A DNA stretch of 64,000 nt. Origin: Candidatus Heimdallarchaeota archaeon (lineage in GTDB: Archaea > Asgardarchaeota > Heimdallarchaeia > JABLTI01). Within the stretch, counting starts at the first letter, position 1. Every line of letters begins with the position of its first letter. The stretch covers positions 32,001 through 96,000 of the forward strand of contig JABCTZ010000022.1 of NCBI GenBank assembly GCA_018238155.1. The letters run 5' to 3'. The notes beneath the pieces were generated by a model, which made no database searches, was not told where the DNA came from, and saw nothing but the letters and a program-made list of their open reading frames with translations. Shown in pieces: positions 9,804 through 19,914 of this stretch. A program made the translations under genes and the position numbers.

Positions 9804-12620
9804 TCACATTTCTAGTGCGAATTTTGTTTTCGTTGGAGGGGTTACTATGGCAATTGGATCAAATATTGGTCCATTTGATAATGGTGTTAAAATATTAGTA
9901 TCCATATCAACAACCAATTTATCTACACTACCATCAAACAAACCAGAATGATATACATCTGAACCATTTGTGAATCTGAAGTAATAGTTGTATGTACTAA
10001 GAACACCATTGAATTGAGCATAGCCAGTACTATTCGTCAGAGCACTCAACCCTGAGTAGGACCCTCCTTCTCTATACAGATAAACTAGAATCCCGGAATC
10101 GGGGACACCGTCATCATTAACGAAGCAGAATACTCTTGCACCAATATTGATATCGTGAGTATATTCTGGCAATGCACCATTGAATTCAGTTGACCAGAAT
10201 TGTCCACCAGCATAATCCACTCTGAATTTGTATTGCGTAGTAGATAAGACACCATTGAATTGTGCATGACCAGTCACATTTGTTCTGACACTAAATCCAG
10301 AGTAAGAACCACTAGCTGTAAAGAGGTAAACTCTAACATTATTTAGAGGGTTATCTTCTACTCCATAGACAACATGAGCATAGACAATACCACCAATATT
10401 GGTCTCAACAACACTTTCAGGTTGTGTTCCATTAAATTCTGTGGACCAGAAGCGTCCAGCGGCATAATCAACTCTGAATTTGTATTGTGTAGTTGCTAGG
10501 ACTCCGTTGAATTGTGCATAGCCTGTTGAATTGGTTCGTGTGCTAATACCTGAGTAAGAACCACTTGCAGTAAAGAGATACACTCGAACATTGTTGAGGG
10601 GAGCATCATCAGGACCATAGACAACATGGGCGTAAACAACACCACCAATATTAATTTCTACAACAAAGTCATCGATACTTCCATTGAATTCTGTGGACCA
10701 GAAGCGTCCGGCGGCATAGTCAACTCTGAATTTATATTGTGTAGTTGCTAGGACTCCATCAAATCGAGCATAACCTGTACTATTAGTTCGTGCGCTTATA
10801 CCTGAGTAGGAGCCACTTGCAGTAAAGAGATACGCTCTGACATTGCTTAATGGTAAATTGCCGGCACCATAAGTAACATGTGCATAAACCGTTCCGCCAA
10901 TATTAATATCAACAACAATAAATGATGCTGAACCATTGAAAACATCAGACCAGAAGCGACCACCAGCAAAGTCAACTCTAAATTTGTAATCGGTGCTCTT
11001 TAAGACTCCATTGAATCGTGCATAGCCGGTTGAATTTGTTCTCGCAGATATTCCTGAATAGGAACCACTTGCAGTAAAGAGATATACTCTAACATTGCTC
11101 AATGGATTTCCTTCTGAACCATAGATTACATGTGCATAGGCTTCTGCACCAACATTAATTTCAACGATCAATACTGCTTGGGAGCCATTGAATTCACCAC
11201 TCCATTCTCGACCGCCTGCGTAATCCACTCTGAATTTAAACATAGAATCTTTCTCAATTGGGCTAAACAGAACATAGCCTGTTGAATTTGTTCTTGCACT
11301 CCTACCCGTATAGGAGCCACTTGCAGTAAAGAGATACACTCGAACATTATTGAGTGGTAGTTCATCTGGACCGTAAATTACATGACCGTATACTTTTCCA
11401 CCAATATAAATTGTAATTACTGCTCCATCTGAAGCACCAAATACATCACTCCAAGTTCTGGCTGCGCCATAATCAACTCTAAATTTGTAGGCACCAGCAG
11501 AAAGTGCGAAAGCAGCATAACCAGTTGAATTAGTTCGTGTACTTACTCCTAAATAGGATCCAGTGCTACTGAATAGATAAACTCGTAAATTATTTTGACC
11601 AATTTCATCAGCATCAACAACATGAGCATAAACAACTCCACCACCAATATCGATGGTAGTTTCACTCACTGTTGGATAGTTAACTTGTGGACTTGAATAG
11701 TTCAATCCTAAGTAGAATACTTTGAAGACATATACACCTGGACTTATAGTTAGGAAAGCATCGCCTTCACTATTGGTGACTGCATATTCGCCATTGTAGC
11801 GACCTAAACTATCGAAACTAAATACAGTTAAACCGTTAATTCCACCTGCTTGGTTTTGAACGTGAACTTTCATTAAATCGCCAGTTGCACCTACTTGAAC
11901 TGTAACCGAAGATACTGAAGGATGATAGAATGCTTCTGACCAGTAGATCTGACCTAAGTAACTTACTCGAGCTTTGTACTCACCGATTCTCAAAAATTGT
12001 TCTACTTTTCCTGAGGACGCGGTTGTTTGTGTTGGGACACCTGTGAAAGCATCATTTGAATGATAAAAATCAACATTTGCTCCACTTACGGGATCTGAAT
12101 CCTGATCAATAACATTTACAGTAAATAGTGAGCCAAAAGTAGTACCACTTGGTGTAAAAGCTTTCGTTTCTACGGAAGCTCCAAATGACACTGTTAATGT
12201 ATAGGATGTTCCTTCTTCAAGTTGCCCTACGAGACTTGTTGCAGAAAGAATAACATTTCCCGCTTTTCCGTCTAGTATTTGAGAGGCACCTGCTTGTGTA
12301 TGAGCCCAATCATAGCTATTGGTTCCATCAGTGATTGCATAAGAAAATTCAGTCATGTTTGCAATTCCAACACCATTCGTTGTTACAATAATGATGTTAA
12401 CCTTAATTGCATCAATAGAACCATCGTGATCATAATCTTTGAATTCAGATACAGTGCTAATTCCAAAAGTTATTTCTGTCTCTTGATTAAGAAGAGGGAC
12501 AACAACAAAGTAAACGACTGCAGCAGCTGAAACAGTTAAAGCTATTAGTAAAATGGTTGCTATCACCGGACTAACTGCTCTCTTGTTTCTAAATATATTT
12601 CTCATTGTATTTCGTTCCAC
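9804..12620 (-). CDS. Giant type IV pilin/archaellin-like surface protein with tandem ~84-aa beta-sandwich repeats
   Basis: Class III signal peptide NKRA|VSPVIATILLIALTV. Repeats VYAHV...NVRVYLFTASGSYSG.S.RTNSTGYA.F...YKFRVDYA.GRFWS..FNG carry many N-x-S/T sequons. Confidence 0.85.
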   Translation of the reverse strand: MERNTMRNIFRNKRAVSPVIATILLIALTVSAAAVVYFVVVPLLNQETEITFGISTVSEFKDYDHDGSIDAIKVNIIIVTTNGVGIANMTEFSYAITDGTNSYDWAHTQAGASQILDGKAGNVILSATSLVGQLEEGTSYTLTVSFGASVETKAFTPSGTTFGSLFTVNVIDQDSDPVSGANVDFYHSNDAFTGVPTQTTASSGKVEQFLRIGEYKARVSYLGQIYWSEAFYHPSVSSVTVQVGATGDLMKVHVQNQAGGINGLTVFSFDSLGRYNGEYAVTNSEGDAFLTISPGVYVFKVFYLGLNYSSPQVNYPTVSETTIDIGGGVVYAHVVDADEIGQNNLRVYLFSSTGSYLGVSTRTNSTGYAAFALSAGAYKFRVDYGAARTWSDVFGASDGAVITIYIGGKVYGHVIYGPDELPLNNVRVYLFTASGSYTGRSARTNSTGYVLFSPIEKDSMFKFRVDYAGGREWSGEFNGSQAVLIVEINVGAEAYAHVIYGSEGNPLSNVRVYLFTASGSYSGISARTNSTGYARFNGVLKSTDYKFRVDFAGGRFWSDVFNGSASFIVVDINIGGTVYAHVTYGAGNLPLSNVRAYLFTASGSYSGISARTNSTGYARFDGVLATTQYKFRVDYAAGRFWSTEFNGSIDDFVVEINIGGVVYAHVVYGPDDAPLNNVRVYLFTASGSYSGISTRTNSTGYAQFNGVLATTQYKFRVDYAAGRFWSTEFNGTQPESVVETNIGGIVYAHVVYGVEDNPLNNVRVYLFTASGSYSGFSVRTNVTGHAQFNGVLSTTQYKFRVDYAGGQFWSTEFNGALPEYTHDINIGARVFCFVNDDGVPDSGILVYLYREGGSYSGLSALTNSTGYAQFNGVLSTYNYYFRFTNGSDVYHSGLFDGSVDKLVVDMDTNILTPLSNGPIFDPIAIVTPPTKTKFALEM
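10140..11650 (-). repeat. Intragenic tandem repeat, 252-bp period, about 6 units
   Basis: gcagtaaagagata recurs at about 10567, 10819, 11071 and 11323; gaccagaagcg at about 10444, 10696 and 10948. Confidence 0.9.
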
Positions 12621-12836
12621 CAGAATATAGATAATAAAATAATAATTGATAGATTAAACATAAATTAGTGATAATCAATAACTACAAAGATAAAATATAA
12701 GTATTAGGAAATAGGCATCCGCGTTTATAGTAGGGTTATCCGCAGATAAATGAATCAAAATTCATTAAGAAAAGTAAAAAAATAGAAAATGACAGCAATT
12801 TTCAATGAAAACTACTGTTTTAGTAAACACTTTGAT

Positions 12837-14072
12837 TTAAATAATATCCAGATTTTTGGCATGTTTTGTGATAATTTCAACTGCCTCATCAATTGTTTCA
12901 AAATCAAATGATGATTGACATGAAGTACGTAACAATTCTCTACCAACGGGTGTTGCTGGAGTTCTTACTGGATTTGTATAAACACTTCTTGGTGTTTCTG
13001 CAAGTAAATCCTTGAACATCTGGAAAGTTTTCATTTCATCACATATTAGCAATGGAATAATTGGTGATGCAGAATGACCAATATCGAAACCGGCATCTAA
13101 ATATCCTTTCTTTAATCGCTTAGCATTTGCCCATAATTTTTGGCGATGAGAGTCATCTTTTTCAATTATGTCAAGTACTGCTAGTACTGTAGCAACAGCT
13201 GAGGGAGGGGAACTTGCACTGAAAATCATGCTTCTTGCTCTGTGTTTAACCCATTTACAGACTGATTCTGAGGCAGCAATATAACCACCAATAGAAGCGA
13301 AGCTTTTAGAGAATGTGCCCATAACAATATCTACTTTGTCTTGAACGCCAAAATGAGCTGCAGTTCCACGTCCATTTGGACCCAAAACACCTACAGCATG
13401 AGCATCATCAACATAAACTCCTGCACCATAAGTTTCAGCAAGTTCTGTTATCTCATCTAGCTTTGCGATATCGCCTTCCATTGAGAATATTCCGTCAGTC
13501 ACAATAAGAGCATACTCACCTTTAGGAATCTTTTTCAAAGATTTTTCTAATGAGTCCATATCGTTGTGTTTGTAGATGATCTTATTCTTTTTATCAAGAC
13601 TGCTTAATCGAATGCCATCTATAATTGATGCATGATTCTGTTCATCTGAAACAACCCAATCACCTTTTCTTAGAAAACATGAAAGAGTTCCTAGATTCGC
13701 TTGCATACCTGTTGAGAAGATTACAGCGCTTTCTGTCCCTATGAATTCTGCGAGTCGATTCTCTAATCTTGTATGGATATCCATTGTACCATTCAATAAT
13801 CTTGAGCCGGTAGAGCCAGTACCGTACTCTTCAATTGCATTACATGCAGCTTCTTTGACTTTTGGATTGGTTGTCATTGAAAGGTAATTATTGCTTCCAA
13901 ACATAATTGTTTCTCGATCGCCGAATTTCACTATTGGACCTTGTTCGCTGGAAAGTTCCATAAAATATGGGTATAAACCTAGTTGTTTGGCAAAATCCAT
14001 TTGATCAAATAACTCTGCTTGTGCCCGTTCCTCATATTTTTGGAAAAATGTCATAGTAACAACTTCATTCAT
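12837..14072 (-). CDS. PLP-dependent alpha-oxoamine synthase, serine palmitoyltransferase-like (AONS/KBL/SPT family)
   Basis: GLYPYF, MFGSNNYL, GSRLLNGT, NHASIIDG, DDAHAVG, GTFSKSFASIGG (PLP Lys). Confidence 0.85.
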   Translation of the reverse strand: MNEVVTMTFFQKYEERAQAELFDQMDFAKQLGLYPYFMELSSEQGPIVKFGDRETIMFGSNNYLSMTTNPKVKEAACNAIEEYGTGSTGSRLLNGTMDIHTRLENRLAEFIGTESAVIFSTGMQANLGTLSCFLRKGDWVVSDEQNHASIIDGIRLSSLDKKNKIIYKHNDMDSLEKSLKKIPKGEYALIVTDGIFSMEGDIAKLDEITELAETYGAGVYVDDAHAVGVLGPNGRGTAAHFGVQDKVDIVMGTFSKSFASIGGYIAASESVCKWVKHRARSMIFSASSPPSAVATVLAVLDIIEKDDSHRQKLWANAKRLKKGYLDAGFDIGHSASPIIPLLICDEMKTFQMFKDLLAETPRSVYTNPVRTPATPVGRELLRTSCQSSFDFETIDEAVEIITKHAKNLDII

Positions 14073-14223
14073 TGACGTTCATTATGTGTTTTTAAAATTT
14101 ACTTGAATACTCATTATCAATTGCCTTTAATAAGTAACCACATTTTATCGAGAAAAGTTAAAGTAAGAAAAACAATGTTTAGTTTCTAGTGGGAAACACT
14201 ACTAAAGAAATGATTGATTTAAA

Positions 14224-14844
14224 ATGTCGAAAATTGTCATCAAAAAATGTACAGAAAAACATCTTTACAGCTATACCAAAATAATGGTGCAAGCATTTAA
14301 TGACAAATATCCACATTTTTTCTCAGGAGTTCCCGAAAAGGAATATATTGAAATTTTACAACAACTCAATTTATTAGAACTCCAATCAAATAAGTTCATT
14401 GGAAAATATGTTATAATTTATAATGAGAGCGTAGCAGGTGCAATTAATTTCTACATCAGCAGACAAAAAATACTCCTAGCTGAGTTTTATAAGATCCTAG
14501 GGAAAAATATTGGTTATCTTAAAGCAATTAAAGTAGGAATTATGCTCTTAGGGTTTGGTCCACCTTTCAATTTTCCCATGAATACTCTATATATAGATCA
14601 AATAGGTATAAGTGCTGATTTCAGAAGAAAGGGCCTCGGAAAAAAATTAATGCATTTTGCTGTTAAAAAAGCAATGAAAACAGGTTGCAAAAAAGTTAAG
14701 CTGGATGTTATAGCTAAAAATGAAGGAGCTATTGCACTTTACAATAAGCTAGGGTTTGTTATAACCAAAACCAATGAAACATCACTGGGTGAAGTTTTTC
14801 TTGGTATAAGAAAATACTATTCGATGGAGAAAAAATTATCGTAA
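14224..14844 (+). CDS. GNAT-family acetyltransferase
   Basis: YIDQIGISADFRRKGLGKKL...N..AIALYNKLGF. Confidence 0.9.
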   Translation: MSKIVIKKCTEKHLYSYTKIMVQAFNDKYPHFFSGVPEKEYIEILQQLNLLELQSNKFIGKYVIIYNESVAGAINFYISRQKILLAEFYKILGKNIGYLKAIKVGIMLLGFGPPFNFPMNTLYIDQIGISADFRRKGLGKKLMHFAVKKAMKTGCKKVKLDVIAKNEGAIALYNKLGFVITKTNETSLGEVFLGIRKYYSMEKKLS

Positions 14845-14935
14845 TTAGTCCTTTTTCTTATCTGTATGTGGTATCAGAATGCTTATCAAACTTTTTTGTC
14901 TATTATGATAAGAGATACTTGGATGAAATACTATA

Positions 14936-15316
14936 ATGACTCGAGAGAAAGCAATATTGGTTATGGATGATGATGATTCTTTTCAGAAAGTCATGAAAGA
15001 GGTTCTAGATTGTTTAGGATATTCAAGTTTTTTTGTTAAAAATGGCGAGGAAGCATTTTTTTTGTATAAAAAAGCTAAAGAATCAAACAAACCTTTCGAT
15101 GCTGTTATTCTGGATTTACATATTGAAGAAGGAATAAATGGTGAAGAAGGGACAAAGCTTTTGCTTACTTACGATCCCAAAGTCAAAATAATCATTTCAA
15201 GTGGAATGGGTAATCATCCTATGATGGATAAACCTCAAGATTATGGGTTACAAGGAACTTTGCTAAAACCATTTGGTATGCCTACTTTGAAAGCACTATT
15301 GGAAAAATTATTGTGA
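14936..15316 (+). CDS. Stand-alone response regulator receiver domain
   Basis: ILVMDDD, VILDL (phospho-Asp), ISSG, LLKPF. Confidence 0.9.
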   Translation: MTREKAILVMDDDDSFQKVMKEVLDCLGYSSFFVKNGEEAFFLYKKAKESNKPFDAVILDLHIEEGINGEEGTKLLLTYDPKVKIIISSGMGNHPMMDKPQDYGLQGTLLKPFGMPTLKALLEKLL

Positions 15317-15380
15317 AAATAATTTATTGATTCATTTCTATTTCCGAAAGAGTCTAAAGTTCTATCATCCAATTATCGTT

Positions 15381-16130
15381 ATGAATAAAAAAATCATCTC
15401 AGTAGAGGGCAAACTCTACTATGGTCGATTTGTTGATAGACCAAATCGCTTTTTAGTCAATATTAAATTGGAGGGAACAGATGAAATCCACGCTGCATTT
15501 CTACATGACCCTGGTAGAATGAAGGAATTACTGTTACCAGATGTACGATTACTAATTAGAAAACCTTTGAAAATGAGTGACAGGAAAACTAATTGGGATG
15601 TTTTAGCAGTTTATCATAACAATTTCTGGATTACGATTAAATCTAGCTTGCCAAATTTAGTTGCAAAAACAGCATTAAGTAATGGTTGGATATCGGAATT
15701 AGTAGAATATCCTAATCTGAAACCAGAAATTAAATACGGTCACAGTCGCTTAGACTTTCTTCTAACAAATGGATCAAGTGAATGTTATGTTGAGGTAAAA
15801 GGTGTTACTCTTGTTGAGAGTGGAGTTGCTTTGTTTCCAGATGCACCTACTTCACGAGGAACACGACATCTACAGGAATTAATTAAATTAAAAGCCGAAG
15901 GAAAGAGAGCAGTAGTACTTTTTATTTGTATGAGAAATGACCCTGAAGCTTTTTCACCAAATTGGATAACTGATCCTGTGTTCAGTAAACAATTAGAAAC
16001 AGCAGTAAATGAGGGAGTAGAAGTTTTGGTGTATAAGGTACAACCCGCAGTTAAAAATAACAAATTGGTTCTTTTTTTCACTGAAAACATTGAAAACATA
16101 ATTATAGAAGAAACTAAATCCTTTCAATAA
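15381..16130 (+). CDS. sfsA: SfsA family nuclease
   Basis: RPNRF, DPGRMKEL, SRLDF, YVEVKGVTL, FPDAPTSRGTRHL; ATG at 15381 preferred over the upstream TTG. Confidence 0.92.
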   Translation: MNKKIISVEGKLYYGRFVDRPNRFLVNIKLEGTDEIHAAFLHDPGRMKELLLPDVRLLIRKPLKMSDRKTNWDVLAVYHNNFWITIKSSLPNLVAKTALSNGWISELVEYPNLKPEIKYGHSRLDFLLTNGSSECYVEVKGVTLVESGVALFPDAPTSRGTRHLQELIKLKAEGKRAVVLFICMRNDPEAFSPNWITDPVFSKQLETAVNEGVEVLVYKVQPAVKNNKLVLFFTENIENIIIEETKSFQ

Positions 16131-16153
16131 AGACTTCTTTTCATCACGATTTT

Positions 16154-16441
16154 GTGGGAATAACCTTGGAAGAATTAAAACTCGTTGGGAAAATTGCTGC
16201 GGATAAAGAAAGTAAGAAATTAGGAAGAATAATAAAAATCGAAAATATTGAAGATCAGAAAACAAAGATACCAAAACCGAATGTTCTTGTTTTAGTAAGC
16301 AAACCATTCAGAAAAGATATTGTAATTTTAATTGAAGTTTCAAAATTATTAAGAGAAGAAGCTGAATATGTTTGGTTTGATATTTTCAAGAAGGATTTCG
16401 ACCAAGAAGTAAGAGAAACCAGAGCTTTGATTAATTTATAA
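16154..16441 (+). CDS. Small hypothetical protein (PRC-barrel-like)
   Basis: LVGKIAADKESKKLGRIIKI pattern; similar to the N-terminus of 17687..18010. Confidence 0.45.
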   Translation: MGITLEELKLVGKIAADKESKKLGRIIKIENIEDQKTKIPKPNVLVLVSKPFRKDIVILIEVSKLLREEAEYVWFDIFKKDFDQEVRETRALINL

Positions 16442-16570
16442 GATTTTAGAATTTCTTTGAAAAATAGACTCAATAGAAATAACCAGCTATTTTTGTTCAT
16501 ATAATGAGTATGAGAGCTATATTTAAATTCAAGTCTATTGATTGAAAATTGGCATTCAGAGGAATTCATT

Positions 16571-17554
16571 ATGAGCTTTCTAGTGGAATATGGTTGGTTA
16601 GCTATAGTAATAATAATTGTACTAGCATTCCTTTGCGAATTTATGGACGCATCTCTAGGAATGGGTTATGGTACAACTTTGACACCTGTATTACTTTTCT
16701 TTGTAGATGATATTGCAATGATAGTTCCAGCCGTGCTTTTATCTGAATTCATTACAGGTTTGGTCTCTGCGACGTTTCATATAATTTTCAAAAATGTTAA
16801 ATTAGGACAAAAAGATAAAGTCAACAATTCCTTAGGTGAATTAAGTCCAAATATTATTGATACACAAACAGCTAGTGCTATTTCAATCCCTATTAGTAAC
16901 AATTTAAAAATCACTGAAAACGGAAATGGATTTACTGAATCTATTGGGAATTTGACTCGTGATACGAAAATTGTCATGATTCTCGCTTTCTTTGGAATAT
17001 TAGGAGCAATTTGCTCTTCAGTTATTTCAGTTATTTGTCATTCAAATGAGGTATTTAATTTTGGTGCAAAAATCTACATAGGACTAATGGTTATTGCTAT
17101 GGGGATTGTTATTATCGTTTTACGAAATAAGGTGCAAAAGTTCTCTTACAAGAAAATAGTATCCTTGGGTGTATTGGCAGGCTTTAATAAAGGGCTATCA
17201 GGAGGAGGATATGGCCCAATTACTGTTTCAGGTCAAATTCTAGCAGGACGGGAAGGGAAAAGCGCTATTGCATCAACTTCAGTTTCTGAAACACTTGTCT
17301 GCTTTGTTGGAGTAGCAGCTTATATTATTACGAACTTAATAATTATGAATCGTGGGGATTTAGATATTAGTTGGGAATATCTTGAGTATGCACCATATTT
17401 GATAGCTGGTGCGGTTGTCTCTGCACCGTTAGCTGCATTAACAACAAAAAAGGTTAAAGCAAAATGGTTGAAAATAGCAGTGGGATGGGGAACAATTGTA
17501 CTCGGTGTGTTCAGTATTATTAGATATACCTTGCATTTTGCAGGCATTTGGTAA
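16571..17554 (+). CDS. TauE/SafE (TSUP) family transporter
   Basis: DASLGMGYGTTLTP and GLSGGGYGP repeats; multiple TM helices. Confidence 0.88.
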   Translation: MSFLVEYGWLAIVIIIVLAFLCEFMDASLGMGYGTTLTPVLLFFVDDIAMIVPAVLLSEFITGLVSATFHIIFKNVKLGQKDKVNNSLGELSPNIIDTQTASAISIPISNNLKITENGNGFTESIGNLTRDTKIVMILAFFGILGAICSSVISVICHSNEVFNFGAKIYIGLMVIAMGIVIIVLRNKVQKFSYKKIVSLGVLAGFNKGLSGGGYGPITVSGQILAGREGKSAIASTSVSETLVCFVGVAAYIITNLIIMNRGDLDISWEYLEYAPYLIAGAVVSAPLAALTTKKVKAKWLKIAVGWGTIVLGVFSIIRYTLHFAGIW

Positions 17555-17686
17555 TTCAAGAAATAAATTAAATTCTAAGCAAAAATTCTCTGATTATCAT
17601 TTGAAAAACTTATATGTTTGATACCCATAATTAATTTGGCATAATTACATGTTAATGAAAAATAATCTAAACTAGGAGTGTAGAAT

Positions 17687-18010
17687 TTGAGCTCGGAAAA
17701 AAAATTCACTGTTCTTGAGATGATTGGAAAAGCAGCCTTTGCAAATAATGAAGATACCAGTATTGGAAGAGTAACAAAGATAATTGATCAGAAAGATAGC
17801 GATGAGGATAATGAATGTCTCCTTGGAGACATAAAATCAGATTTATTCCAAATTGTTGTTAAAATTGATTCGAAGAAATTTGCAATGTTATCAGAACCAA
17901 CAGAAATATTATTTTCAAGTCAAACTATTGAAAGTGTTTCAAAAAGAGGGTTTAAACTTCTTTTAACAAAAGAAGCTATTGAATCATATTTAGAAAAAGA
18001 CCTTCATTAA
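17687..18010 (+). CDS. Small hypothetical protein (PRC-barrel-like)
   Basis: MIGKAAFANNEDTSIGRVTKI; GGAG upstream of the TTG start. Confidence 0.45.
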   Translation: MSSEKKFTVLEMIGKAAFANNEDTSIGRVTKIIDQKDSDEDNECLLGDIKSDLFQIVVKIDSKKFAMLSEPTEILFSSQTIESVSKRGFKLLLTKEAIESYLEKDLH

Positions 18011-19068
18011 ATTCCAAGTGGTCTTTCAATCTCAATTATCTCACCATTTTCTTGAATGAAATAATTTATTTCCGTTGTTACATTATAGTGATAATGAGCA
18101 AGTTGAAAGCTTTTTTCAGCAGCTCTGATTGGTGCTGTCCAAGAAATTATCCATATGCTGTCTTCTTCAAAAGGATTTTCTTGATAAGCAACCCCTGTTA
18201 AAAATGGATACTTTTGACGTAAACGTAAATAGTGACCATCTTGTTTTGTTATATTAAGTAAATAATACCCTAAATCTTTGTCTCCAGAAGAGGATATTAT
18301 TACTAATTCCGGGATAATTCTTTCTTCTAGAAATTCCTTCTTCATACCATCTATAATTGCAAGAATTAGAGTTCGGTTGTCTGCTTTAGATCCTTCAATT
18401 ATTTTATAATTGATATTATGAGTAAATATAAACTCATTACTTGAGTAGGCTCCAGAACCATATTTTTCATTAAATAGATTAGTTGCTCTTATATTGGTAA
18501 CAATTCTAATCGTTGCAAATAAGGAGAAAACTATCATGAAAAAAGCTAAGCTTGTTGTTTTTCTTCGTTTATCCCATTTCAATGGCCAGACTGTTGTTAC
18601 AAACATTAATGCTGCTATTGTATGAATATTATTTGAAGAAAGTAATTTTATTCCATACCATTTTAAGCTGATTGGAAAGAAGATCATCATTCCTGTTGGG
18701 ACGATAATATCAACTGAGAAATGGAGCAGTGTTCCAATATAGAGAGAGAGAATGCCCCCAACAGACCAGAAATTAAGATCAGAATATTTCTCATGTTTCC
18801 ATATTTTATCCTTCAATTTTGGTATGTTAAGAATAGCAGCAAAAATAACTACAAAAGGAATTATCCCCAATAAACTATGAGTAATCGCTCTATGTTCTAA
18901 CCAAAACAACTTCGGAAAGAAATAAACTATAAAATTAAACAGCATATCAATATCAGGTAAAATAGACCCAATGATAATTGGAACAACAAATTTAGTAGGT
19001 ACTTTCTTGATTTTGTCAACCCAAAATATCAGAGAATAAGCAACTAAAGCATGTGTTATCGGATCCAA
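18007..19068 (-). CDS. Membrane-bound metal-dependent hydrolase (YdjM-like)
   Basis: MDPITH, LPDID, HRAITHS, LHFSVD motifs. Confidence 0.85.
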   Translation of the reverse strand: MDPITHALVAYSLIFWVDKIKKVPTKFVVPIIIGSILPDIDMLFNFIVYFFPKLFWLEHRAITHSLLGIIPFVVIFAAILNIPKLKDKIWKHEKYSDLNFWSVGGILSLYIGTLLHFSVDIIVPTGMMIFFPISLKWYGIKLLSSNNIHTIAALMFVTTVWPLKWDKRRKTTSLAFFMIVFSLFATIRIVTNIRATNLFNEKYGSGAYSSNEFIFTHNINYKIIEGSKADNRTLILAIIDGMKKEFLEERIIPELVIISSSGDKDLGYYLLNITKQDGHYLRLRQKYPFLTGVAYQENPFEEDSIWIISWTAPIRAAEKSFQLAHYHYNVTTEINYFIQENGEIIEIERPLGI

Positions 19069-19152
19069 TTATACATCCCTCCGGGATGAACTTTTGCAGA
19101 TACTTCTATTTTACTAAGAAGTTCTTTTTCCATAAGTGTTTTCTTGTTCATG

Positions 19153-19914
19153 CTATTTCTTCTCTAATTTTTGTAGTTGATTGATTGCTGTACCAGGCCT
19201 AACTCCTTTAGGGCAAACAGCATTACATGCAAATAGTTTCTCACAAGCAGGAGCAGCATCGTTCTTTTGTACTCTATTCAGAATTTCATTCCGATGAGAA
19301 TCGGATACTCGAGTGTCATCTATAAAGCGATATGCTTTTGCTAAGGCAGAAGGACCTAAATAGTTTTTATTTTTACCAGATACAGGGCAAGTCCAACAAA
19401 CACCACACAAAATACAATAAACCAATCGTTCAATTCTACGAGCATCCTCAAAAGCTTGAGAAGATTCAGGAGAAACATCTGTAATTTCCCGGTCAAAATA
19501 TGGTTGTATTTCTCGATAGAATTTCCAGAATGGTTCCATATCAACAATTAAATCTTTTATTACAGCCATATTAGGTAATGGTTCTATTAGAATTTCGTTT
19601 TCTTGATTCCAATTTGAAACATCACCAAATATTAGTTCTGGTACTTGCCGATGTTTCTTGATTTCTATAGGGTGTACTTGTGTTTTACAAGCTAACTGGG
19701 GGAACTTGTTGATTGTCAGACCACATGATCCACAAATTGCTCCTCTACATGAATATCGGAATGCAAGAGTTGAATCATAATGATCTTGTATATAGAATAG
19801 CGCTTCTAAAATTGTCATTCCAGGTTTAAGAGGAACTTGATATCGTTCATATCTCGGATCTTCATTTGGTCCGGCTTGTCTGAAAATGAGAAATGTTTGT
19901 TCGTTTTCAACCAT
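19153..19914 (-). CDS. sdhB: Succinate dehydrogenase/fumarate reductase Fe-S subunit
   Basis: SCRGAICGSC...LAC, CILCGVCWTCP, CEKLFACNAVCPKG. Confidence 0.93.
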   Translation of the reverse strand: MVENEQTFLIFRQAGPNEDPRYERYQVPLKPGMTILEALFYIQDHYDSTLAFRYSCRGAICGSCGLTINKFPQLACKTQVHPIEIKKHRQVPELIFGDVSNWNQENEILIEPLPNMAVIKDLIVDMEPFWKFYREIQPYFDREITDVSPESSQAFEDARRIERLVYCILCGVCWTCPVSGKNKNYLGPSALAKAYRFIDDTRVSDSHRNEILNRVQKNDAAPACEKLFACNAVCPKGVRPGTAINQLQKLEKK

